Source: Bacillus subtilis subsp. subtilis str. 168 (GTDB taxonomy: Bacteria > Bacillota > Bacilli > Bacillales > Bacillaceae). Taken from it: 32,000 nt of DNA. The notes beneath the pieces are model-generated. The model searched no databases. It was not told the origin of the DNA and saw only the letters and a list, made by a program, of their open reading frames with translations. This document shows positions 25,732 to 32,000 of the stretch, piece by piece. Each line of letters opens with the position of its first letter. Positions within the stretch are counted from its first letter, which is position 1. The position numbers and the translations under genes are program-made. The DNA lies in the NCBI RefSeq assembly GCF_000009045.1, contig NC_000964.3, forward strand, positions 960,001-992,000, in the 5' to 3' direction.

Positions 25732-25748
25732 ATTCATTCTTTTTTTTC
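25711..25748 (+). terminator. yhcJ terminator built from the last codons of yhcJ and dgcK
   Basis: AAGAATGAATTC (25711-25722) pairs with GAATTCATTCTT (25730-25741). The stem is a perfect 12 bp with a 7-nt loop, followed by TTTTTTT. The yhcJ stop (25729-25731) and the dgcK stop (25734-25736) both lie inside it. Confidence 0.8.
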
Positions 25749-26813
25749 TGAAAAACACACTCTGTTCCGTCCCGTTTCTTTCGCTTTGTAAAGCATTTGA
25801 TCGGCAAGAATGGGCAAGGATCCTGGCTGTTCCGTATTATTGGGGTAATGAGCGGCCCCTAGTGATATCGTAACTGAAAGCTCGTCGCCGTTTGTTAATA
25901 CAATCGGTGCATCACTTACAGTGCTCCTGATCCGTTCAGCGATCCGGGCTGCTTTATCAAGAGAACAGTTCGGCAGGAGCACGGCAAATTCTTCACCGCC
26001 GATCCGAGCGGCAGGATCAGTATTTCGGATGGTCTGCTTCAGACGTAACCCTAGCTCTTTGAGCACCTGATCTCCTTCATGATGGCCATATTGGTCATTG
26101 ATGGTCTTAAAATGATCGATATCCATATAAATCAGTGCAAATTGAAAATGCGGGGTATCGGCCGCCTGCTGATACAGAGCTTTTGTGGTTTCTTCAAATT
26201 TTCTTCGGTTATACACGCCTGTTAAAAAGTCAAAGTGCGCCTGAAACTTATATTGTTTAAAAAGAAGATGTGCATTTGTTTCATGATCAATAATATATAA
26301 ACTGAGCATGCCGCCCGCTATTGATATGATCCAAAAATACAAATGAAGTTCGTATGAATGTAAATCTATAAGAAAATAAAAGGAAAAGGAGATCAAGCTA
26401 TTTGTGATTATTAAAAGATAGAAAGCATGTTTTAGTTGAACTTTTTTTCTTCTAGAAACAATGAGTGACGGAATGGCAGCGATACAAATGATAATAACCG
26501 AGTATAGTGCAGATGTGTTCATCGTAATCAGCAAGCGGCCTGCAGTGATCATGGCCAGGGCCGTTGCCGTTGAAACCCAGCCTCCATAAAGAGCGGCAAT
26601 CATAATAGGGATATTTCGAAGATCAATAATTGAATGCTGATAGGTAAATCCAAAAACCATCAGAATAACCCCGAGCAAACCGCAGGCCAGTCCTTTAACA
26701 GCTTGAAAGGATATGCTGTCTTTTTTATGTACTAGCCTTTCTTTAAACAGGTGGGTGAAGAGATAATTAAATGTGATTAAAATGGTCAAATTTACAAACA
26801 GTTCTTTCAGCAA
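25734..26813 (-). CDS. dgcK: Membrane diguanylate cyclase (5TM LytS/YhcK-type N-domain plus GGDEF)
   Basis: The TTG start follows AAGGGTGA, giving 359 aa. The polytopic N-terminus is followed by a GGDEF domain with active site GGEEF and an RNTD I-site 5 residues upstream. Confidence 0.92.
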   Translation of the reverse strand: MLKELFVNLTILITFNYLFTHLFKERLVHKKDSISFQAVKGLACGLLGVILMVFGFTYQHSIIDLRNIPIMIAALYGGWVSTATALAMITAGRLLITMNTSALYSVIIICIAAIPSLIVSRRKKVQLKHAFYLLIITNSLISFSFYFLIDLHSYELHLYFWIISIAGGMLSLYIIDHETNAHLLFKQYKFQAHFDFLTGVYNRRKFEETTKALYQQAADTPHFQFALIYMDIDHFKTINDQYGHHEGDQVLKELGLRLKQTIRNTDPAARIGGEEFAVLLPNCSLDKAARIAERIRSTVSDAPIVLTNGDELSVTISLGAAHYPNNTEQPGSLPILADQMLYKAKETGRNRVCFSEKKE

Positions 26814-26912
26814 ATATTATCACCCTTATATAAGGTACTAAAGATGGAAGGGAAAGAAAAGAACAAAAAAGGCATTATATAAGGTTTTTTTACTTGAATT
26901 GATAAGTTAAAA

Positions 26913-26939
26913 TAATTCGCACTTGACCCATCGGAATTA
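26913..26939 (+). promoter_or_regulatory. CymR operator at the tcyP promoter
   Basis: TAATTCGCACTTGACCCATCGGAATTA matches every specified position of the remembered consensus TAAWNCN2ANTWNAN3ATMGGAATTW. It includes the -35. Confidence 0.8.
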
Positions 26940-26951
26940 GTGTAATATAGT
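26923..26951 (+). promoter_or_regulatory. Putative tcyP promoter (TTGACC-17-TATAGT)
   Basis: The -35 is at 26923-26928 and the -10 at 26946-26951. Confidence 0.6.
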
Positions 26952-26985
26952 AAATGAGAAAATTTGAAGGGAGAGTTTACCTGCT

Positions 26986-28377
26986 TTGGAGACTTTACTG
27001 GTTGTATTACATGTATTTATTTTATTTTTACTTATCTTAGGGCTCTTTGTTATGCAGAAAAAACATGTTTCCTTCTCTAAACGTGTATTTACTGCGCTGG
27101 GGCTGGGGATTGTATTCGGATTTGCGCTTCAGCTGATTTACGGCCCGACTTCAAATATAGTCATTCAAACAGCCGACTGGTTTAATATTGCCGGGGGCGG
27201 ATATGTCAAATTGCTTCAGATGGTTGTCATGCCGCTCGTCTTTATTTCGATTCTCGGCGCCTTTACAAAGCTGAAGCTGACAAAAAATCTTGGGAAAATC
27301 AGCGGTTTGATTATCGGGATTTTAGTAGCAACAACAGCAGTTGCTGCAGCTGTCGGTATCGCGTCCGCGCTTTCATTTGATCTGCAGGCGATTCAGGTTG
27401 ACCAAGGAAGTACAGAGCTTTCACGGGGACAGGAGCTTCAGCAGAAATCAGAGGATATGACAGCGAAAACGCTGCCGCAGCAGATTGTTGAACTGCTGCC
27501 TGGAAACCCGTTTTTAGATTTTACGGGAGCTAGACCGACTTCAACGATCGCTGTCGTTATTTTTGCCGCTTTCCTTGGAGTGGCATTCCTCGGCGTAAAA
27601 CACAAACAGCCGGAACAGGCAGAAACATTTAAAAAACTGGTTGATGCCGTTTATGCCATTGTCATGCGTGTTGTCACACTCATTTTGAGACTGACGCCTT
27701 ATGGGGTGCTGGCCATCATGACAAAAACAATTGCAACGAGTGATCTTGACAGCATTCTAAAACTGGGCATGTTCGTGATTGCATCATATGCCGCGTTAAT
27801 CACTATGTTTATCATTCATTTGCTGCTGCTGACGTTCAGCGGCTTGAATCCGGTGATTTATTTGAAAAAAGCGGTGCCTGTACTTGTATTTGCATTTACG
27901 TCAAGGTCTAGCGCAGGTGCTTTACCGCTGAATATTAAAACACAGAGAAGCATGGGTGTACCGGAGGGAATCGCAAACTTTGCCGGTTCGTTCGGTCTTT
28001 CGATCGGCCAAAATGGATGTGCCGGCATTTATCCTGCGATGCTGGCGATGATGATTGCTCCGACTGTCGGCCAAAATCCATTTGACCCGGTGTTTATTAT
28101 CACTGTTATCGCAGTCGTTGCCATCAGCTCCTTCGGGGTTGCCGGAGTCGGCGGCGGAGCGACATTCGCGGCGCTTCTTGTTTTATCATCATTAAACATG
28201 CCTGTCGCGCTCGCCGGTTTGTTAATCTCAATTGAACCGTTAATCGACATGGGGCGTACTGCTTTGAATGTCAGCGGAAGCATGACATCCGGTCTTATTA
28301 CAAGTAAGGTCACAAAAGAAATTGATCAAGGGGCATTTCATGATCAATCCAGAGTGATTGAAGCTGAAGAAGCGTAA
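26986..28377 (+). CDS. tcyP: L-cystine uptake symporter (DAACS / sodium:dicarboxylate symporter family)
   Basis: The TTG start lies 9 nt after GAAGGGAGAG, giving 463 aa. DAACS-type motifs include SSAGALPLN and GVAGVGGGATFAAL. Confidence 0.92.
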   Translation: METLLVVLHVFILFLLILGLFVMQKKHVSFSKRVFTALGLGIVFGFALQLIYGPTSNIVIQTADWFNIAGGGYVKLLQMVVMPLVFISILGAFTKLKLTKNLGKISGLIIGILVATTAVAAAVGIASALSFDLQAIQVDQGSTELSRGQELQQKSEDMTAKTLPQQIVELLPGNPFLDFTGARPTSTIAVVIFAAFLGVAFLGVKHKQPEQAETFKKLVDAVYAIVMRVVTLILRLTPYGVLAIMTKTIATSDLDSILKLGMFVIASYAALITMFIIHLLLLTFSGLNPVIYLKKAVPVLVFAFTSRSSAGALPLNIKTQRSMGVPEGIANFAGSFGLSIGQNGCAGIYPAMLAMMIAPTVGQNPFDPVFIITVIAVVAISSFGVAGVGGGATFAALLVLSSLNMPVALAGLLISIEPLIDMGRTALNVSGSMTSGLITSKVTKEIDQGAFHDQSRVIEAEEA

Positions 28378-28383
28378 CATATG

Positions 28384-28418
28384 AAAACGTGTAATCCAAG
28401 AGGATTACACGTTTTTTT
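28384..28418. terminator. Bidirectional terminator between tcyP and yhcM
   Basis: AAAACGTGTAATCC and GGATTACACGTTTT form a 14-bp stem with loop AAGA. A-runs and T-runs lie on both sides. Confidence 0.88.
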
Positions 28419-28872
28419 AACGGCCAGGCTCTAAGTCCTCCAGCATTTCCATCATCGTGTTGTCGTCCATGACATTCATTGCGTTTTGTTCAAAATGAAT
28501 GGGTTCAGCATAATGCGGCTGTCTTTTTTTCGCGGCTGTCTCAGTTTGCCTAGTTTGAGACTGTGTATGCTGATGCTGTGGTTGCTGCTGTCCAGCGTGC
28601 TGGTGCTGACGGCCATTTTGCCGCTGGCTTTGATGCTGCGAACGGTCCTGGTTATCACCGCTGCTTCCGCTGCTTCCGCTAAATGCTTGTTTGACCATGT
28701 TTCCTACATTAGAAGCATCAAACGTGTTATTTTCTGAATTTCGTCTGTTCATTTGTCCTGTGATAAACCCGCTGATTCTTTGGCGGATCTGAGGTGATAA
28801 TGCAGTAATAAGCATAGTTGATCCTATGATCAATGCTGCGGGGCTGATTCCTCTTCGCTGGTTGAACAACAT
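28417..28872 (-). CDS. yhcM: Membrane-anchored protein with a Q/H/S-rich low-complexity region
   Basis: The product is 151 aa, with AAAGGAGGGA upstream. The N-terminal TM is ISPAALIIGSTMLITAL. It is followed by ...SGSSGSSGDNQDRSQHQSQRQNGRQHQHAGQQQPQHQHTQSQTRQ.... Confidence 0.8.
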   Translation of the reverse strand: MLFNQRRGISPAALIIGSTMLITALSPQIRQRISGFITGQMNRRNSENNTFDASNVGNMVKQAFSGSSGSSGDNQDRSQHQSQRQNGRQHQHAGQQQPQHQHTQSQTRQTETAAKKRQPHYAEPIHFEQNAMNVMDDNTMMEMLEDLEPGR

Positions 28873-29021
28873 GATCCCTCCTTTGCAGTGTATTCATATT
28901 TTCCCCCTCGTTAGACAAATTAACCGTTATATTTCCCGGGAAAGCATTTCCTCCAGATTTGCATGCATAATTAAAGCCAGTTAGAAAAACCTATAAGTAA
29001 AGTGATAAAGGAGGAATTCAC

Positions 29022-29591
29022 ATGTTTGGAAAAAAACAAGTCCTTGCGTCTGTGCTTCTTATCCCTTTGCTTATGACTGGCTGCGGTGTAGCCGACCAAG
29101 GTGAGGGCAGACGTGATAATAATGATGTAAGAAACGTAAATTATCGAAATCCGGCCAATGACGATATGCGGAATGTAAACAATCGGGATAACGTTGACAA
29201 CAATGTTAATGATAATGTCAATAACAATCGTGTAAATGACGATAATAACAACGACCGAAAACTTGAGGTTGCTGATGAAGCAGCTGATAAAGTAACAGAC
29301 CTAAAAGAAGTAAAGCATGCCGATATCATTGTGGCTGGAAATCAAGCCTACGTTGCAGTCGTTTTAACCAATGGAAATAAAGGTGCAGTAGAAAACAATC
29401 TGAAGAAAAAAATAGCCAAAAAGGTAAGATCTACTGACAAAAACATTGATAATGTTTACGTTTCAGCTAACCCTGATTTTGTAGAGCGTATGCAAGGATA
29501 TGGAAAGCGTATTCAAAATGGTGACCCAATCGCCGGATTATTTGATGAATTTACACAAACTGTACAGCGTGTATTCCCTAACGCTGAATAA
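29022..29591 (+). CDS. yhcN: Spore lipoprotein of the YhcN/YlaJ family
   Basis: AAAGGAGG lies upstream and the lipobox is LMTGC. An N/D/V-rich low-complexity stretch is followed by a YlaJ-like C-domain (ADIIVAGNQAYVAVVL...DNVYVSANPDFVERM). Confidence 0.9.
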   Translation: MFGKKQVLASVLLIPLLMTGCGVADQGEGRRDNNDVRNVNYRNPANDDMRNVNNRDNVDNNVNDNVNNNRVNDDNNNDRKLEVADEAADKVTDLKEVKHADIIVAGNQAYVAVVLTNGNKGAVENNLKKKIAKKVRSTDKNIDNVYVSANPDFVERMQGYGKRIQNGDPIAGLFDEFTQTVQRVFPNAE

Positions 29592-29597
29592 ATGAAA

Positions 29598-29627
29598 GAA
29601 GCCGCACAATTTGTGCGGCTTTTTCTT
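29598..29627 (+). terminator. yhcN terminator
   Basis: GAAGCCGCACA and TGTGCGGCTT flank a 3-nt loop. TTTTCTTT follows. Confidence 0.85.
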
Positions 29628-29711
29628 TGCGTTAATGACACACTGCGAACTCAGGCTGCATAGAGTAAAAATAAAAAGGTACAAGACGGACCGGCTCAGG
29701 GAGGGAGACGT

Positions 29712-30680
29712 TTGCGGGATGGCATAGGAAAGCGTGCGGCATCCGCTCTATTCCTGTGCGGAGTCCTTGTGATGCTGGCTGTAAGCTCAGCCATCGTATC
29801 AAGCGCGATGTATATCCTGTCTTTTCCAGGTCAGGCATCTGGAATAACAAAAGAACAAGTGACGAAGCACATGAAGAAAGAGTCATTCAAACAGGCCGAT
29901 ATTTATTACACTTCTAAGGAAAAGTCCTTACTGCCATTGACGAAAGAAACGCTTGAATATGCGGTCAGTATTAATCAGATTATGATTGGATATTCGAATC
30001 AAAAGCCTATTGACATTATTTTTTTTCCTAATGAAAAACAGATGGAGGCTTACTCCGGTTTATTGGATGTAGTTGGTTTTTATTCTGAACGGGAGCAGCT
30101 GATCGGATTGTTGCCTGAAGAGAAAAAGAAACTGTTAGAAGGGGACGAGGTAGCGGTTTATTTGTACCAGAGATTGTTGATTCATGAATACTCGCACCAT
30201 GCGTTTCACCAGAAATTGAAGGAGCTTGAGACGGATCCCGATGAGTTTCCGTTATGGTTTCATGAAGGGTTAAGCGAGTGGATTGCGAACTATGAATTGC
30301 TCATAGATCCGATCACGTTTTCTGTCGTGCCCTTTGACCGTTTGCAGACTGATCGAGACTGGCAGGAAGCTAGAGCCGAATATGACACTGATGTCTATTT
30401 GCAAAGCTTTTATATGATCGATGAGCTGACGGACAAATACGGGAAAGACATTATTTCAGAAATGATTAAGGAAACGGCAAAAAAAGGGGACTTTGAAAAA
30501 GGGTTTAAATCAGCAACAAAGGAAAGTCTTGATCAATTTGAAAAAGATTTTAAGAAAAAATTTGAAAAAAACAGTGCGGCATTGGATAGTATCTATCCAA
30601 TGCCTTTGTTATTAGTGAAGTCCTTGCTGACCCATTCCGCCTTGTGTCGGAGGCATTTGTCCTTGGGCAGGGGCGAATGA
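29712..30680 (+). CDS. yhcO: Membrane-anchored protein with a gluzincin-like HExxH...WFHEG motif (predicted peptidase-MA fold)
   Basis: The TTG start follows GGGAGGGAG, giving 322 aa. The N-terminal TM is followed by LIHEYSHHAF and then WFHEGLSEW 22 residues later. The last 69 nt overlap yhcQ on the other strand. Confidence 0.78.
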   Translation: MRDGIGKRAASALFLCGVLVMLAVSSAIVSSAMYILSFPGQASGITKEQVTKHMKKESFKQADIYYTSKEKSLLPLTKETLEYAVSINQIMIGYSNQKPIDIIFFPNEKQMEAYSGLLDVVGFYSEREQLIGLLPEEKKKLLEGDEVAVYLYQRLLIHEYSHHAFHQKLKELETDPDEFPLWFHEGLSEWIANYELLIDPITFSVVPFDRLQTDRDWQEARAEYDTDVYLQSFYMIDELTDKYGKDIISEMIKETAKKGDFEKGFKSATKESLDQFEKDFKKKFEKNSAALDSIYPMPLLLVKSLLTHSALCRRHLSLGRGE

Positions 30681-31265
30681 ATTTCGCAGCTGTTCCATAT
30701 CCTGCGCATCAAGCTGAGGAACCTGGTAATAGCCGTGTTTGTTTTGGTATAGGAAAATTTCAAATGCCATTTCAACATACTCCTGAATTTGCGCAGACAG
30801 TACGCGTCTTACGGCCGGATTTGTCATTTCCAGAGAAGCCATCGTCAGCATAGAAGCTTGTGCTTTAATCGCGCAAAGCATTTGTCGGCTGATGATGCTG
30901 TCATCAATATCATTCATGGATTGAACAGGTTTTTTAGGCTGTGACGGCTGCATGCCGTAAACAGTCTGGTTGTCTTCCTTCATCATATAAGTTGCTGTTT
31001 TTTGTGAAGGTTCGCTTCCTGTTTTGAAGCATTCTGCAGTTATATTGTATTGAGATGTGATGAATTGATGTTGACGATCAAGGATGTTTAGTAATTCTTG
31101 ATCCTTACAGAATTGTCTCAGCATCATAAACTGATCAAGCACAGTAAGTGTTCCGGAAAGCACCTCATGCATATCAAACATTTCATGTCCGCCGTGGTTT
31201 TTATGCGGTTTGCCAGGAATACCTTTGTTCATTTGGGATTGCTGCTGCTGATTGAACTGATCCAA
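30612..31265 (-). CDS. yhcQ: Spore coat protein F (CotF)-like protein
   Basis: The TTG start follows AAAGGAGGAA, giving 217 aa. Both termini are Q-rich. The central helical region is CotF-type (HEVLSGTLTVLDQFMMLRQ..., ...NPAVRRVLSAQIQEYVEMAFEIFLY). Confidence 0.85.
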   Translation of the reverse strand: MDQFNQQQQSQMNKGIPGKPHKNHGGHEMFDMHEVLSGTLTVLDQFMMLRQFCKDQELLNILDRQHQFITSQYNITAECFKTGSEPSQKTATYMMKEDNQTVYGMQPSQPKKPVQSMNDIDDSIISRQMLCAIKAQASMLTMASLEMTNPAVRRVLSAQIQEYVEMAFEIFLYQNKHGYYQVPQLDAQDMEQLRNSFAPAQGQMPPTQGGMGQQGLH

Positions 31266-31410
31266 ACCGAATTCCTCCTTTTTTTTCAGATCAGCTGTAT
31301 TTTGTGTCAGTCTGCCGTGTATTATGCAGAAGCCTGAAAGGAATTATATGCTGTCTGTCGAAATGATAAGCAGACAAAATCGTTGTCATTATGTGTATAA
31401 GGGAGGAAAT

Positions 31411-32000
31411 ATGATGAGGCGTATTCTGCATATTGTGTTGATCACGGCATTAATGTTCTTAAATGTAATGTACACGTTCGAAGCTGTAAAGGCAGCTGAA
31501 CCGCAACAGCCTATATCGATTGAGAAGGCAATACAGCAAAAAGAAGGACAGGCACTTGTCGAAGGATATGCAGTCGGCCAGGCTGTTTCCCCGCAGCATT
31601 ATAAACTGACAAGCCCTTTTTCAAATGATTATAATGTTGCGCTGGCAGACCGTAAAAACAAAACATCGCCCGAACACATCCTTCCTGTGCAAATCCCCTC
31701 CGCCTTCAGAAGCCAATTTGGGCTGCAAACCAATCCGCTTCTTCTTGGGAAAAAGATAACGGTTCAAGGAAAGCTTGAAAATTACTTTAACACGACAGGA
31801 CTTAAAAACGTTCAGTCGATGAACGTAACCGATGACACAAAAACTCCGCCGGCTGAACAGCAAGTGACCATAAATGAAGCACGGGGAAGGCTGAATGAAG
31901 AAGTAACGATAAAAGGGATCATTACAGCTGATCAAAACGCAATCGGAGGCGGGAAGCTGTCGACCTTTTTGCAAGATGAAACCGGAGGCATTAACATTTA
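31411..32000 (+). CDS. yhcR: Secreted nuclease/nucleotidase YhcR, N-terminal ~196 codons; continues beyond the window end
   Basis: An ATGATG follows AAGGGAGGAAAT. The signal peptide is MMRRILHIVLITALMFLNVMYTFEAVKA, followed by OB-fold-like repeats (...KITVQGKLENYFN..., ...VTIKGIITADQNAIGGG). The frame stays open to 32000. Confidence 0.85.
   Translation, partial: MMRRILHIVLITALMFLNVMYTFEAVKAAEPQQPISIEKAIQQKEGQALVEGYAVGQAVSPQHYKLTSPFSNDYNVALADRKNKTSPEHILPVQIPSAFRSQFGLQTNPLLLGKKITVQGKLENYFNTTGLKNVQSMNVTDDTKTPPAEQQVTINEARGRLNEEVTIKGIITADQNAIGGGKLSTFLQDETGGINI

Noticed and set aside
28727-28918. 63-aa minus-strand ORF (internal ATG after GAGGGGGAAAAT) overlapping the yhcM 5' end out of frame
   Set aside because: The SD-like run is more simply part of the yhcM promoter and leader. 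The product is a basic, non-hydrophobic sequence with no features, fully overlapped by yhcM. It is kept only as a remote possibility.
29110-29270. Repetitive AAT/GAT/GTN-rich DNA that might be mistaken for a repeat array
   Set aside because: It is in frame within yhcN and encodes the N/D-rich low-complexity tract. It has no spacer/repeat periodicity of CRISPR type, and no cas genes are present in the window.
29632-29886. 84-aa minus-strand ORF opposite the yhcO start
   Set aside because: It has no SD. It overlaps the yhcN terminator and the yhcO RBS and N-terminus, and its translation is featureless.
31324-31410. In-frame upstream ATG that would extend yhcR by 29 codons
   Set aside because: It has no SD, whereas the ATG at 31411 follows AAGGGAGGAAAT and immediately yields a canonical signal peptide.

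Overview
This 32-kb window reads as densely packed, low-GC Firmicute core chromosome. Judged from the translated products and their order, it is collinear with the Bacillus subtilis 168-type segment katA / ssuBACD-ygaN / rpsNB(yhzA) / ygaO-ygzD / tRNA-Gly / B3-4-like gene / queG(yhbA) / yhbB / cspR(trmL) / yhbD-yhbE-yhbF / prkA / yhbH / yhbI-yhbJ-yhcA-yhcB-yhcC / yhcE-F-G-H-I / cspB / yhcJ / dgcK(yhcK) / tcyP(yhcL) / yhcM / yhcN / yhcO / yhcQ / yhcR. This recognition, and all y-gene names, come from my memory of the proteins and their synteny, not from a database search. I support 37 protein genes (katA and yhcR are cut by the window edges), one tRNA-Gly(UCC), and one 29-codon ORF with a strong RBS that is too short for the ORF track. 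I also support about 15 intrinsic terminators, and several operator-like sites readable directly: a perfect PerR box, a Zur box, and two CymR boxes matching the remembered consensus. Several ORF-track starts are over-extended, and I re-set them from RBS position. I see no rRNA, CRISPR array, IS or transposase, integrase or prophage genes, and no obvious foreign island. I therefore cannot point to a clear-cut new system. The best candidates for under-described biology are listed here. (1) The GntR-controlled yhcEFGHI cassette, with two ABC ATPases, one recognisable permease, and a YtrA-like operator. (2) The unannotated 29-aa membrane peptide divergent from prkA. (3) The translationally coupled mini-XRE plus 4-TM pair ygzD-ygaO. 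(4) The yhbD plus two Cys-bearing bactofilins operon. (5) The PrkA (AAA+) / YhbH (vWA MIDAS) pair. (6) The MarR-efflux-quinone reductase operon. (7) YhcO, a membrane-anchored HExxH protein whose 3' end overlaps yhcQ.
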